64,000 bases of DNA from Blasia pusilla (GCA_050084515.1 CM114271.1:5890001-5954000); one strand, 5' to 3'; shown: positions 26,251-40,742, counted from the stretch's first letter. The notes: generated by a model not told the origin, from the letters alone. A program made the numbers and translations.

Positions 26251-29200
26251 GCATTCGCACTAGAGGTGAGTAGACCTGTTCCAAATGTCTACCCTTCCTT
26301 GTGTTTACTGATGCAACTTCTTGAACCCATCATTCTATATCCTTTTCGAGTGAAGATTCTTAAAGGAGGTTATTTGTTTCAATACTCACAGGGTGCGTCT
26401 GCAGGGCTTTGTAAAGATGAGTTGTACTTTGCCCTTCAGAAATTTACTTTTGATGAATTGTATATATTCAAGTGATCCTAAATCAAGGATGGCTCAAAAA
26501 ATAAAGGATAGACAAGGCACTTACACATGGTACAGAAATTGACATTTCAATATGAGAATGAAAGATTTGGCCTTTGGTGTAGAGATTGTTCAGGTGGTGG
26601 AGGTGAGTTCCGGACCCAAAGCTTGAGGTTATAAATTTAGAGACAGAGCGACCACTCATCTCAGCATTCTGGAAAGTAACCGTGTGGCATCCATTAGTCT
26701 TCATTTGGGTTTGAAAAGCAGGCAAATGTTTAACTTGTAATCTGGGCTTGGAGCATCAGGAGTGATATTAACAGTCCTTGAGGAATATGATATGAAGCCC
26801 TTGCCCAATTAATCTTTCAATATCTTACCACTCTTTCGTGGGGCCTACATCTTACAATTGCTTCCACAGGTTGCCAAGATATCCTAATGCGGCAACCCTC
26901 TAGCACTAAACTGAACAGTTGTCTCAAAACCTTCATAGCCTTAGCTAGTAAGCAGGTTACGGTTCTCATGAATTAATCAGTATCACGAACAGGAAAATTT
27001 CATCACATGAAAGTTGGATGGAGGCAGAAAAGTGTGTTTCCTTTGTTTTTGAAAAAACAACTCATCCTCATCCCCACGTTTCTTACTTATAAAAAGTAAC
27101 AAATTTTTTATATTTCCATCCTTCACCCTTCTAATTGTTAACTTGTAAATCCTGTTATAATTCACAAATCCCCCATCCCTTTCACTTCCTTAACTTGAGA
27201 GAAAAAGTTTGCTCCCTCCCTCTCTTAGCCATCCATTCCTCTGCTTCACAAGTGATCTTTAAAGTAGGATAAAAAAATTTCATCTCATTTTAACATTGTT
27301 ATGTGTCACTAATAATTCAAAATATTGGTTACATTATCTTCCTGTTACACAGTCACTTGATAGTGTTCTTAAACCCCTGCTTTACTTCCACCATTACGTT
27401 TTCAAAACAGATATAGTCACACGCGTCCCATCCACACTTCCTTTTGGATAAAATAATGCCTCTTTATTTATTTACTTATTTATATGTTTATATATATATA
27501 TTAATGGGCGGCGTTTTATGTGAAATAAAACAATATAGTAGGATAGTAAGACAAAATAGCAACCTGTTGAATTTTGTCTTCATTCACATTAAATGGGTAT
27601 CAAAACTATTAGGATAATTAAGAAAAGAGTAAATAATTCTTTTCTCTAAGTTCACATTTTAGGAGAAAGAAAAATTAAGCTTAATTGGAGAAGAAGTAGA
27701 TATTATTTGAATTTTTTCAAGGGAGTGGGCAATCATTGAAATTTTGATTGAGGAGTGGAATTATTTAGAAAATTGTTGGTACTCTTCTAAAATATAAGAC
27801 AATAGAAATTATATTTAAATTCTAAAATAAAACATACCATAAAATTTTTAATAATTATTTTAGTTAAAATTTGACATCTTGGAAAGGAAAATAAATTTGA
27901 ATGAAAAAAGGAAATAATATCATTAATTAAAATTAACTAATAATCTAGGTTGTGGATATTACTTTGGTGGGAAGAGTGAAAGGGAAAAAGTAGGTATTGT
28001 TTAAACTTTTATGAAACAGTGAAATTATTTAGGAGAATTGGGGGATATTTAAACTTTAGTTGAGGAGTAAAACTATTTTAAAAGTTTTCTTACTTTTTTA
28101 ATATGTAAGAAAGTAGAAATTATACTTAGATTTTGAAATGAAAAATATTTTAAAAAAATATTTAAATTATTAAAAAAGTTATCTCAATTATTTAAAAAAA
28201 TTCGTGCGCTAACTAATCTTTAATAATTGTGGTATGTTATGTATGTTATCTTGAATAATTGTAGCTTCAAAATTCAAATTTAGAATTCTAATTGCATTTG
28301 GTTCCATATGAAATGCACCTTAAGGCTCTTAAAAGCGGATCTCATACAATAAAACTAGAATGAGATCATCCCATGAAACATTTCTTCCTTATCTCTCCTC
28401 CCTATTGAAAATTAAGTCTTCGATCCCATTCACTTCAAATGGGGTCTTCTCTTGCATAAAGCTTAAATTTTTCTTATTCCCATCTTTACTCGCAATTTAA
28501 TCTTATCTCCTCTTCGCATATTTTGGAAGTAAAACACTTTTTTTGGATTAATTATTTTCATATAGGTTAACCTTGTTGAAAATGACGTTTGTGAATCCTT
28601 CCTTTCTTTAAATTTTTTTTTTGTTCTTTCTTTCCCTACTTAGAAAAAATTAAACCCTTCTTGATTTATTATATAAGGAGCCTAATATACATGGACATTA
28701 GAAGGGAGTTTCCAATGGATTCAAATCAAATTATAGTATAAATGATCCAAAAATTTTAATGCTATTTTTTTCATTGACAAATCAAATCATATTTATGTTA
28801 ATATAAATTCTTATTGGTATTAGGTCCAAAATATCCCATCATTGAAGGTTTTTATCCAATTAGATTTATTTTCATTTAAAAGAAGATACCAAATATATTT
28901 TTTAGATATCTAAAGTAAAAATGACTTGTAAACCCTTAGCCATGATGTCAAACTTTTTTTCTTAAATCTTCTATTTTAAAACCTGATCTTAAACGTTTTA
29001 TTTTTAATTTTTACGAATTTTATTTTATTTTATTTATCCATTTTTTGGGAGGGGTTAATGAATGTAAAAAAATTCTTGGAATTTTTTTTCCAAAAATATT
29101 TTTAAATATTTTTAAAAATTAATCATATATTTTTACTAAGTTTTATTTTAAAAATTTTCTTATTAAATCTTATAATTCTCCGTCAATTTGGAGGATTTCA

Positions 29201-30059
29201 TTAATATTTTTGAATGGAATCAAATTTCGTGCATCACAACGTCATCTATGATATTATTTGTGCTAGGGGTTAAAAAAAATCAAGATGCTCTATGAATATC
29301 ATGTGTCTATTTTCCCTTACACTAAAATTAGCCCATCTGATTTTATAAAATAAAAAAGTACTTCTTGAATTTTTTTATGAACATAGTCTTTTTTTCTGAA
29401 TATTTTTTCATTAAAATAATGTTTAAAATATGGAATTTTGATCCCCTTGTGTTGCTAATCTTGCAAAGTTTTTGGTTGAGTAATACTCATTATTATCAAA
29501 ATACTTACACATGAGTCTTATACAATGCATAGTATTTTTAGAGGATGACTTTAGAGAATAAACATTCCCCCTTCCAGCACTAATCTTCTTAATTTCCTAG
29601 ATCTTCTCTAAGATAGAGCACGCATTTAAATTTTGATTTTGAAAGAATTCATATAATGATGAGGCTCTATGTCATAGTGTGTATGTGCCCTTCTAAGCAT
29701 CATCCAAGTTGGAAAGAAAGAGTGTGGAAATGACTCGGTCAAATCAAAAGCTATACCATTCCGAAGAACCGTAGAAAGCATCCATAGAATGTTGTGATTC
29801 CTTAAGTTAGGTATGTGATTAACTTGCAAGTCCTCATACTCACATAAGAAAAGTAAATTTGTGAGTTAAACTCACAAATTGTTCGTAGTTTTTTTTTTTG
29901 CTTTAATTTTTTGAATGCTCTGTGGCTCCCATCACTCACGAAAACTTCATACTCAAAAAATGCTCACAAAAATTTCCACATGATCGTAACATACTCGTAC
30001 AACTGCGACTCGCTGAAAATTACCCGTAGTACACTTGCAAGTAGTAGTTGAAGCCAAAA

Positions 30060-30660
30060 TATGGCTCAGAAAACTACGTTTGGAACCCCCCAATCCCTAG
30101 TAGCGAAAGAAAGGTGGCGAGCCTTGAGATTAGTCCTAGTTGAGGGTAAGGGGCTTGGGAGTAAGGATTAGTCAAGACAATATTTGGACCCATTCAGTAT
30201 ATGACTCGACAGGAGATTGTTGTGAGAGTCCAGCTAGAGCATGCGACGGATAGTGCTATGGTGCGCACACGTGCGATTACGACACCAGTTGAATCGTACG
30301 ATGTGTTGGTGGGGAGTACAGTGCTATATCCCCTAGGATTCATCCTTGACTTCTGGGATTAGAATGGTCATAAAGATTGAATGTTGACAAGACCAAACAT
30401 TGGACGTTAAGGCATGTGTCAAAATGGGCAGTTAATCATGAGACACATAAAACATGAGGCACAAGGCCAATGTGAACTTCTGTGAACATATGTGAGATCC
30501 ATCTAAGTCATCTTGGGATTCAACTAGCCAAAAGTAGATCGAGTTAGGAATCCTTATCCACGTTTGGGTTGAGGGTCAAAAGCAGTGTCTTGAAATAAAT
30601 ACTTGAGGATGGAGAGGGGAATAGAAAGATCCATAAGTACCTATAGGGGGAGACACTCTC
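30060..30660 (+). mobile_element. Decayed Gypsy remnant: protease-region fragment plus a diverged family-1-like LTR piece
   Basis: The plus strand reads AMVRTRAITTPVESYDVLVGSTVLYPLGFILDFWD*, resembling the C-terminal D-x-L-x-G motif of retrotransposon proteases. The sequence tttgggttgagggtcaaaagcagtg (~30565) resembles ~19742. Confidence 0.5.
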
Positions 30661-33508
30661 CCTCCCTACTCGCTCACTACTTTGATTCAGTATTTGATAT
30701 TTTGTGTTTCAATCAAGCATTAAGTCATGCTATGATCCTTTCTCATTTATGTATATGATTAGTTTTATGGCCATGCGACAATCTAGGCTAGAGGGATCCT
30801 CTCAATGCCCCTTGAAAGGATCCATCCATCTTCATCCATGTAGTCCTTGTCCATATGTTCCTTCCTCCTCTATTGGAGCCTTTAGGAGGAATGAAGAGGG
30901 TTAGAGAAATTCCATTCTTCCTCTCGTACTTAAACTTTATCCCTCATCTCTCCCACTAAATTTACCTTTAGAAAATATTCCCTCTTTATTCATTCCTTTA
31001 AGAATTAATCTTTCTCTCTTCTTCATCCTTATTGAAATTCAACTTGCCTTTGAAAATCAAACATGAAAAAAAATCCTACGAAACTCTCTTTTGTTGAAAA
31101 CTTTTAATCCTTTTCTCTTCTTCGAATTACTCCAAAAATTCAAAATTCTTATGTCTTATATTAAGTTATATGTTTTTCAAATTTATCCATTTCTCTCATC
31201 CCCTCAATTTTTAAAAGAATATCTTTCATCTTTACAAATTTAAAAAAAAAGAAAAAATGGTGAAAAAAGCTCTTATAATTAAATGATTTATTCTCTCTTC
31301 CATTCCAAAGAAAAGAAACCCCTTTTTATGAATTATTTAAGAATTCTAGGTAGGAAAGAAATAATTTGAATAAATTCGAATAGTGTGCCCCTGCAACAAT
31401 GAGGACTAAATTGAAATGAATATTATGATTAATATAATTAATTTGTTTTCATCTACAAATAAAGAATACATTTAAATTATCAAATTTTTATTTATGATAG
31501 ATTAATGGCCTTGAAAACCAATGTGAAAGCATGTGAAGTCTTTTGAGTTATATGGTACATATATTGTGAAAGTATGAGTTGTACCATATACTTAGTTAAA
31601 AATAGAATGAGAAGAGGGTTTTTGTAATTAAATTAATTAAAAAAAGTAGAATTTTATTTTATAGTTTTTACCAATCTTCATGAAAATTTCCTCCCTCTCC
31701 CTCATGCTCATTATCTCTCTCCATTTTAAAAATTAGAACTAGTTTTTTCAAGGTTTAGGTAGAAAAAAGATATATTTTCTAAATTTCTTAATTAGATAAT
31801 TTTTTGAGAAAAAATTGAGAAAAATAGTAAGAGAATGGTGGGATAAGAATTATTATTTAAATTGATGAACAAATTTTCTCTAATTAATAATTTTTTTCAA
31901 GTTTGATAGGTAAAAAATTTGATTTAAAAGAATGATTTTATTTTTATTAATGAAAAGAAAATGATCAATTAATCTCAATTAACTAAGTTGATTAAAAAAG
32001 AAATTATAATTTTATTATCATTAATCTATATTTTTATTGGAGAATGCTCCAAACTCCTCTCAATTGGCCCAAGACTCGAATTACTTTGAAATTAATTTAA
32101 AATACATTAAAAGTTTTTAGAAATTAATTATGAGAAATAATTTAAATATATATGTGACTTACACTAATATTTACCATAAAAACAATTTCGATCAATAATT
32201 AATTAATAATTAAGTTTCTACCGGTGATTTCATCTCAATCTTCGTATCCCCGGGAAAGGTGAAAGTTTGAAATCGAAAGACAGCAATGGCGTTTGAAAGT
32301 ATTCTGCGCGAAAAGAGTGTCCTGCCCTTCTCATCACCCTTCGCGTGATGATGAGTAGATTTTGCTTCCTGAAGTAGAAATGATCGATGTCGCATCGGCG
32401 AAGAGGTAGGGCGGACGTGATCCACAAGACGAGAAATTGGAGCGACTCCAGCTCCGTGAAGCCCACGGTGCTCTGGACGTTATGATTTAAACTCACACAT
32501 TTTGATGTGAACGGCCTACTTTTACTGTATTTCGATCTGCATCTAGGTCAGGATCTCCACCTTTTTGCTGTTGGAATGAACGAGAACTATTGAATTAATG
32601 TCAAATATCTGCGCAATGCACCTTGTTCAGAACCGTTTTCGGCCAGACATGTACGTTTGCAATTCCGGGTTACTTAGAATGTTTAGACAGCGGTGAGTAC
32701 AGAGTGGCCACGATGGCACTACAATTAATTCAATTCACCTGAATATTGACAAATTGCGCGGGTTATTGCAGAGTGGAAGTTCCGTGCTTTTGTGTTTCGA
32801 CGATTCTCTTGTCTTAAACCCCTGTAAAACCTCAATTGGCTGATGGCGGCCGAATGCGGGGCGGGGAATGTGCAAGGAGTAGGCATGGAAGGGAAAGTTT
32901 TCGTTCTCGACGGTAAGGATTAGTCCAGTAGCATGAGTTTCAAGGAAGAGAGGGTTCAGGGCAGGGGTTTCTGCTCAGCTGGAGTGATTATTTAGATTTG
33001 GATTTCTGGGCAATCATGCGGCATGTCATCGCCTGACAGCAGCAGACTCACATAATTTTTGTTGAGAGATAGCTCTTTCTTGTTCTTGTCATCACGTCGG
33101 TTCGAGTTGTTGTGACTATTTAAGGAAGCGATGTTAGTCTTCGGAACGCTTGGGTATTGATGAATTTTTACTATCGTCAATTAGGTCAGGCTGCGAGAGT
33201 GCACTCTGCGAGCTTTTGCTACTGGATTTGGTTTTCTTTCATGGATTGTTCTGTCGTTTCCTCCCGAATTGTGATGTCTGATCGTGCAGGCAGGGGCGTG
33301 AGATCACCTGAAAATTTCTTTTCAATTTTGCATTTGCGTCTCGAGAGATATAAAGCAAGTATTGGCAAATGATGAGAACACTTCAGCTGATGGTTCACGA
33401 AGTTGTGCGTGCGCATGTGCAGGACGATGGTGACCGGTGGTGGAAAGCTCTAAGCTAGCGCTTGCTTGGGCCATGGAAATGGTGTAGACGTTTTCTACTG
33501 TGAATGGC

Positions 33509-36500
33509 ATGGCCCATCGTGGAGTGGGTGAAGATGTACTGCGTGAACGAGGCACATCTCGACGTTTTTTGGATTCCCAAGAGCGTGAAGTAGATGCCTT
33601 CCAGTTACATGAAAAGATCGCTTTGCCGGTTGCGGAGAAGATGTTGGATGTGCTGGCTGAAAGAAAGTCACCCAGAGGATTCAATGCTCCTGGCTTTGTC
33701 AAGGACTGCTTTGAGGAAACTTTCGGCAAGCATTTGAATCACATAAGTGCTGCAAGTGAAGAATCGAAGAGTGTCCCAGAGTTTTCTGTAGTTGATGTCG
33801 CTGTAGGGTTGTTGAGCTATAATGTACCAATGGTGAGTGGTGTACTTTCTTTGCCTAGTCTAAGTATGGTTCCCACTCAATAATTAGTCATTTGTTTCTG
33901 TTCTCTTAACATCATGGGAATATTCATATTGAATTCCACTTTCGCTGGTCGGTATTTTGTTCATTCAATGACTGCTTTAATTCATGTCATGCTTCAGAAA
34001 ATCAAAAGGCCCCTCAAAGTAGACATATGGTTAATCTAGTCTTCTGCTTCTGTGGTAGCAGATCAGCGACATCAAGAAAGGGTATCTTGTGGACATGCTT
34101 ACCTCTTTGGTCCAATCAAACGTATCATGTGGTTCCCATCATATGTCATCATGGGAGTGTCCGTCTCCACATGAAAGATCAAAGTTTTTCCAAGGGCACA
34201 AGATGTTTCACGGACACTTGTGTGGTCGGCAGATTACAACGAACAATTTACTTCAAATTGTTGAAAGTTGTAAGGCTTTTTTTGTCAGTGCGGAGGACAA
34301 TGGTCAGTTCTCTATGGAAAAACTGTTGTGGAGCTATCTAGAAACTTATACTCGATGTTCTTGATCTCCTTGTCTCTGTCCAAGAAACAAATGAACGATT
34401 GGACTGTACAATTCGTGAAGCTCATGGGTAAAGGGAGATGCCAAGAATCTGAGAGAGGTGCTTATTCACTGGTGATGAGTTACCGCATAGTTGCAGCTTG
34501 GATGTAGTGTAAAACATTTCATCTCTGTTCAGTTGGTGATCAAAAGAGTTGGGTAACTCATTCGTTACACATTCATGTTGGATTTCCAGGGTGTTAACGG
34601 CATAGATTGGTTTGGGGTGAACAGGGACACAAGTGCTGGAGGTTGTTGATTCACTTGTGAAGGTTGCGACTGGTACCTGCTTATTCACTCCGCGTTCAAA
34701 ATTCTCTAAAAGTGTCTTCAATAAGACAATTTATGGTATTGAAGGTCAAATTAGGAAAGATCCAGCCTGGGCTCTCCAAAGTGTGATAGACTATGCTATA
34801 AGCAAAAAGGATGCAATCTACTCCAAATTACGGCCATTTAGCAGGTGTGTTCCCTCTTGACATTCTCTTGTAAGAGACACAAACGGCATTTGGTGATATT
34901 CCAGTCTGATTTCCTGTGAACAGTAGAAGAGTGTTGGTCAAAATTAATGTTGAGGGCTCTTCTGATCAGGACATTGAGAATTGTAATCTCCTTAAAGTGC
35001 AGCTACTGATGAATTGCAGGTTTGTGTTCTCTCTCTCTCTGTCTCTCTCTCTCTCTATCCTAAAGAGGTGATTGGGAAAACCTGGACCCAAAATAGACCC
35101 GTAAAGCAGGCCGAATCTTGGACGAAAAAGGTTCAAGAGATTGTGCAAGCATCCAAGCTCCCAGCAGGGCCTGAACTGTGGGAGCAAGATGAGAAAGCAT
35201 TCGTGGATACTATAACCAAGTAGTGGGCATACGCTCACAGCAGAACAGCATGGAGGAAGCCATGAAAATCTCTGACCTCTCTTTTGACGGTATATCCCGA
35301 GAAGGCAGAACTGAATAACTATTTGCGGGGAACCCCTTGCTTGGGAACCCGGCTCAAGTTCAAGTTCAGAACAGGAGCAATCCCCTTGAACCATAAGAAA
35401 AGCAGGATGGGAACACAACTAAACTCTTGCGCCTTGTGTGACGATGGGGATGAAACCTCTAGTCATTACTTGGTCTCCTGCACAAAATTCACAACACACA
35501 GAGCAAGAGCATATGCTGATATTGTTAAGCTGGTAGCACCAGAATTGTTCAACACATTCAGTAGCCTGGATTTATTGCCCAAAGCTGCTGCACTCGTAAG
35601 TGATGTCTATTGGGGATCCCAATCAGGTAAAGTAGATGGTGTGGTGAAGATTTCCTTGGTTGACACTTGGAAGCTCCACACAAACACGTTGTTTGGTCAG
35701 CACTCACACTATATGAGAGTGTCTCCCTCCTCTCATGTGGTACCTTCTTCACTTGCTTCTCTCTCTACACCCATCCCAGTCTCAAGCACCGTCCAACCAG
35801 GGCGTGGGGTCCATGGTCGCAAGGCTACGACAGGCACTACTTAATGAGTACAGTCTCTCTCCTACCCTCTCGTCCTTCAATGTTCACTCCCGAGAAAATG
35901 CAAACATTTTGCCCAAAGCTGCACTGGGAAGCAATGCCTATTGGGAATCCCAATCAGGTAAAGTAGATGGTGTGGTGAAAGGTTTCGTGGTTGACACTTG
36001 GAAGCCCCGCACCAACACGTTGTTTGGTCAGCACTCACACTATATGAGAGTGTCTCCCTCCTCTCGTCTGGTACTTTCTTCACTTCTTCCTCTTTCTACA
36101 CCCATCCCAGTCTCAAGCACAGTCCAACCAGGGTGCGGGGTCTATGGTCGCAAGGTTACGACAGACACTACTTAAAGAGTACAGTCTCTTCCTTCAACCA
36201 TCGTCTCATGATGTGCTTTCGTTGCTTCTTCCTCCCACTGCACCCTTACCAGCCCCTAGCACCGTCCAACCACAGCACGGAGTTCATAGTTGGAATGGTA
36301 TGATAGGCACTACTTAAATGAATTTTCTCTCTCTCTAACCGATCAGGTAAGGTAGATAGAGTTTCTTGGCTGATATGTGGACGCTCCGCACCAACACTCC
36401 GTTTGGCAAGCACTCACTCACTCACGTGTGAGAGAGTCTCCCTCCTATCCTATAGTACTTTCTTCACTTCTTCGTACCTCTTCACCCATCACAGTCTCTA

Positions 36501-39500
36501 GCGCTACTTAATGAGTAAAGTCTCTCTTTCTCCAAGTCACATGGTCGTTGGGGACAATAATTAATTTTGTTTTTTCATTGTCCCTCTGCAGTGGCAGGAC
36601 TGTCTCAGGGGCATCAATGGGTTTTCCCGTCCTATGAACTGGAATAATCTGTATACGCTTCAGTGGCATCAGCAGTCATTTTAGATCTGTTGTCTTCTTC
36701 TCCGAACATCATTGTGATCAGTATGTGTTGACCGGGTAGGATTGCTTGGCGCAGATTGCAATTCTGGCGTATTCAACCAATGTGCCTCAGACAAGACATC
36801 TCATGCATAGTTCGTGAGTCTCTGGAGCGTCTTCTATTACCTCTTGATAGGGAGCTGTGTCAGCGGGAGGAGTGGGCTACTGTTGTAGTCTGTCTATCAT
36901 TAGCGCCGGACATATTCACAGAAGCTCGTCGAATTCTGCATATATGGTTCATTTCTACGTAAGTACTGACAGCAAGTCATGCTGATTTAACCTGAAGGTC
37001 ATAAGAATAGATGTGAGTTTTTGGTGACAGACCCTTTCCCCGGGGGATGGATCCAGCGTGTAATTTGACGGTAGGATTGATGCCCTAAACCATCACGTCT
37101 TCTTCTTGGAAAGTTGATTGACAAGAAAGTCAAGTACAAGCATCGATAGTAAGGTTGTACAATATTGGTCGTGGTTCTCATGGTTCGAGTCAAAATATTA
37201 TCTGTTAAAACATTACATGACATGAGTAGTATATGTGCTGTCTTAACTGTTAAGATGCTTCTACTGAGTGAAGGTGGAAGCATAGTGTAGCATGTCTGGG
37301 AATGACGTCAATGCGGTGTCGCCTCAGATCATCTTTCAGGACAATGAAGTGTCTTACACCAGGTTCGTTGTACTAGGTACAAATGTCTTAGAAATTATAT
37401 TTACCCTGCTCAATGTGATGTTCTAGGGGTGCTATTCGTCTGTGGGAACTTCGTGCAGAGATGGTGACTGCTGTCTATGATGTGCTTAAACGTCCATCTG
37501 TATGGGGTGTTACTGAAGGAGTTCAGATTCCGCCTCCACGCGCCTTCCACAGCACGCTCCTTCGTCCTTTTGTCCAAATACTTCAAGGAGCTCCCACATT
37601 GGTCGGGATAGTGAAGCTAGTGAAGTTGCTGGATCACGCGGAGAACTTGCATCAACAATCAGTTGCTGATTCGTCAATGGGATCCAAGCGTGAGGGTTTG
37701 GGAACAACTCTCTATGAAGCCGAAGTGAAAATGTTTCGTATCTATGATCAAGTAGATCACAACTCTGTCTGGTAAATGATTTTGTTTTCATCAAATCTCA
37801 TGCGGGTACATCCATGATTGAATGATTTGTTTTGGTGTAAACGTAATCATGAAATAGTCTGAAAGTACCAAGGTGAAGGAGACGAGGGAAAATTTGTTGG
37901 TAGTTGCCATGTACAAATAATTGAGTCTCTTCAGATCATGTCTAATGAGTTCGTCTCCCAACCACGCGTCGATATGGGGTGATTAAGAGGAATACACCAG
38001 TTTAGAGAACTAAAAAAATTGCAGATCCACCTTGAATTTGAAAGAAAACTTGTCTGTGATTGGTTAAGCGGTTCCGACTCGTCTCATATCTCGAGTCGTG
38101 AAAAGACTCTAGTACTTTTGTTTGTTCAAGATAAGAGATTCGGGTTACCTTTTTTTAAGTTAGTTGATGATCAATTCGCAAAGGTTTTAAATCGACGAAC
38201 ACTTTTCTCTAGTTGGTGAAGATTATAGATGCGGGAGGATATTTATGCTGTCAGCGTTTTGATGCAGTTGCTTTGATTCCGTCGTGCAGGGCTTTGTTGA
38301 TCGATTTCTTGCCTTGGTTCTACTTTGCCTTGAGGATTCTGTTCAGGAATTCTCTGCAAAGCTCATCAGAAAACTTCCATGGAGAGGTGCCTGAATTATT
38401 CACTTCTCAGCCGCAACTTGATAATGGTTCCGCCCTTACTGGATTTGCTGCAAGGTATGTAGCATACATTGTCAACCCTATTGATCCTGATTCCCGAGTC
38501 TCTCACGAGAAGATGCTTCGAGACTTGAGCAGCAGCTGGGACAAGGTACTTGAAACTCTCTCCCTCGATGACAGCCCAGGGCTATCTGATGTTGAGGATC
38601 CGAGGACCATACAGGTTGCAGTACAACAGACTGTTTGGAAGTGCAGTAAATGTGGGATTCCTGTTCACGATGTCAAGAGGTACAAACGTGATCAGGTCGG
38701 TGATTTGTGCGATAGGACCAATGATAAGCAAACGTCGCAAAGAGAATCCATTCACAAGGTAGACCTCTGGCTTGCGGATCTTCAAATGAAGTTCGGCAGG
38801 ACTGTTCAGAAGATCCACTCAAAAGGTGGGAAATGTTTTGGCGGAGAAGCGGATTTGGGCCAGGGAGTACCGGCTGCGAAGAGTTGCATGGAAGGGACCA
38901 CCCAAGGAACTTGTTCGTCATCAAATCACAGTGCGAGGGGAAAGGCTGTCGTCCTTGTTTATTCCATTCCGCTGGCCGCGTTAGTAGAAAGTCTGAAGAT
39001 CTGCAACCATGATATTGTTATTCGATTGCTGGAATTTGTCTGTACGAGGGGTGATCCTGGGCCGCTTGAAGAGTTGATTCCTGGGAGGAGAGGGGATGAT
39101 GGTTGCTCCGAGTTGCCAGCTTGTAACTCTTGTGCGACCGTCCATTGCGAGCTGTGCTGCACACAAGAGAGTACGAGACACGCGACTGATCATGTGCATG
39201 GTCGGTTGGGAGCTATCAGTAAAGCTTCCCAACAACGAAGACATGTAACATCGGAAAACTGGATTTCTGGTGCTGCCGCAATCTTCAGGTTTCTAGACTC
39301 TCTGGACGGTGATGTCCTATCACAGACTGATGCTTTTCATCCTGACTTCGATTGCACAGCAGAGAAGGGGCGGGTTACGAACAACATGGTACTCATAATA
39401 GCAGAGTTTATAAATCAATGGGGAATTTACATCGAAACCCAAGTGTCGTCTGGGGTCTTGTCAAAGGTTTGTGACAAAAATAGCTATCTTCAACTCCTGC

Positions 39501-39637
39501 AAGATCTACAAACCAGATTCCATGATCTGATCGGCAAGTTGAATCTCAGCACCGAAGTTAGGAAGATTTGTAGGGAGGCTCTGGGATTACTAGATGTGCG
39601 GATAAAGAATGTAAAGAGTCTCCAGTTCACAGTGTAA
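33509..39637 (+). CDS. Conserved land-plant protein, putative FANCC-like (At3g60310 family, from recollection); 6 exons
   Basis: Phase-compatible exons: 33509-33832, 34062-(34269 or 34302), 34625-34844, 36755-36958, 37427-37771, 38290-39637. The motifs LHIWFISTG..VYDVLKRPSVWGV, VDHNSVWALLIDFLPWFYFALRILF, AARYVAYIVNP and YSIPLAALV match a plant family I recall. The gene model is better supported than the family name. Confidence 0.7.
35057..36530 (+). mobile_element. Head-to-tail stack of four LINE family B 3' fragments in intron 3 of the FANCC-like gene
   Basis: The first copy encodes KFKFRTGAIPLN..CALCDDGDETSSHYLVSC (CCHC finger). The terminus ACTTAA(T/A)GAGTACAG followed by a CT tract recurs at about 35853, 36184, 36320 (degenerate) and 36520. 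The stack is preceded by (CT)n at 35029-35056. Confidence 0.85.
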
Positions 39638-40742
39638 TATACTACATGAGCATTCGTCACAGCTTCAGTAAGAAATTCAACTTCTGATTATGTTGACATC
39701 TTATGTTATTTTGCGGGAGGCCAATACTCTGCAGAGACCACCTCAACCTCATGGATGCGATGTGCGAGCTGTCAGGCATCCGACCACGAGCTGTCACCAC
39801 TCAGGATCTCGATTCAGGATTGAGCATTTAGATGCTGTTTCCCTTCAACAATGCCTGCGAAGAGGTGGGAAGAAAGAGTGATCTATGGACAGCAGGAGAC
39901 TTTAGACTAATTGATTATTCGAGTGATCTCCTATTCAAAATCTTCCTCTGCACCGGGATTATTCTCAGTTATGGCGTGTGGTAGACTGGTCTTGTTCGAA
40001 TTCTTCCTGGCGAATGTAGAATCTTCGAACTGCCTTACAGTGTGCCGCTGCTGCCAGCACTGCCGCGGCCACCAGCCTTACGGTGAAGTCGGACGATCAC
40101 CACAGCACCATATCTGTAGCTTTCGTGGCCTTACGTTGGATTGGGAAAGACATTCTCACACAAATTCTGTACGAGTACTTAGAGGTTTGGATAAATTTTA
40201 ATCTGTGCTCTTTTGTTCATGTGGGTGGTACTTCTTCTCTTATTCTAAGCCTCAATGAGAGGGGATCTAGGGTCTAGGGCGAATCATTTGTAGAGAAGGA
40301 GAATGATCCAGATTCACGGGAGAACCATTGCGAGCATGACAAGATCGACGCTGTTTCGGTTGGATGGATAAGGAAACAATTACATGCGACTGTCGAAGTG
40401 CCAGTATGTACACATCTGTATCCTACCGATTCTACCGTTACTCCGAATGTCAGCTTCTGAATCCTGCGTCATAATAGGAGCACCTTCGCCTGCGTATATT
40501 CCAGCTCCAAACCCTATTCTACGCCGTTTGGGATTTGGAAGTCAAGTGTATACCACTTCTCAAGTGCGCGAGGTCCATAGAGTAAGCCTACGGGAAATTA
40601 AAAAAGTGTTTGAAAATTAATGTATAGCGGGGAAAATAAAGAGATTAATGATGTACTCAAGATTTATTCTTTTATTTTTTTCAGACATGTGAAATATTTC
40701 CTCCGTTTACTCGCAAATCAAGAAGGTACTCTTCCTTAGTGG

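Noticed and set aside
36592..36750. Extra exon of the FANCC-like gene after the strong acceptor at 36591
   Set aside because: All three frames hit stops, while the 36755 acceptor joins exon 3 in the correct phase.
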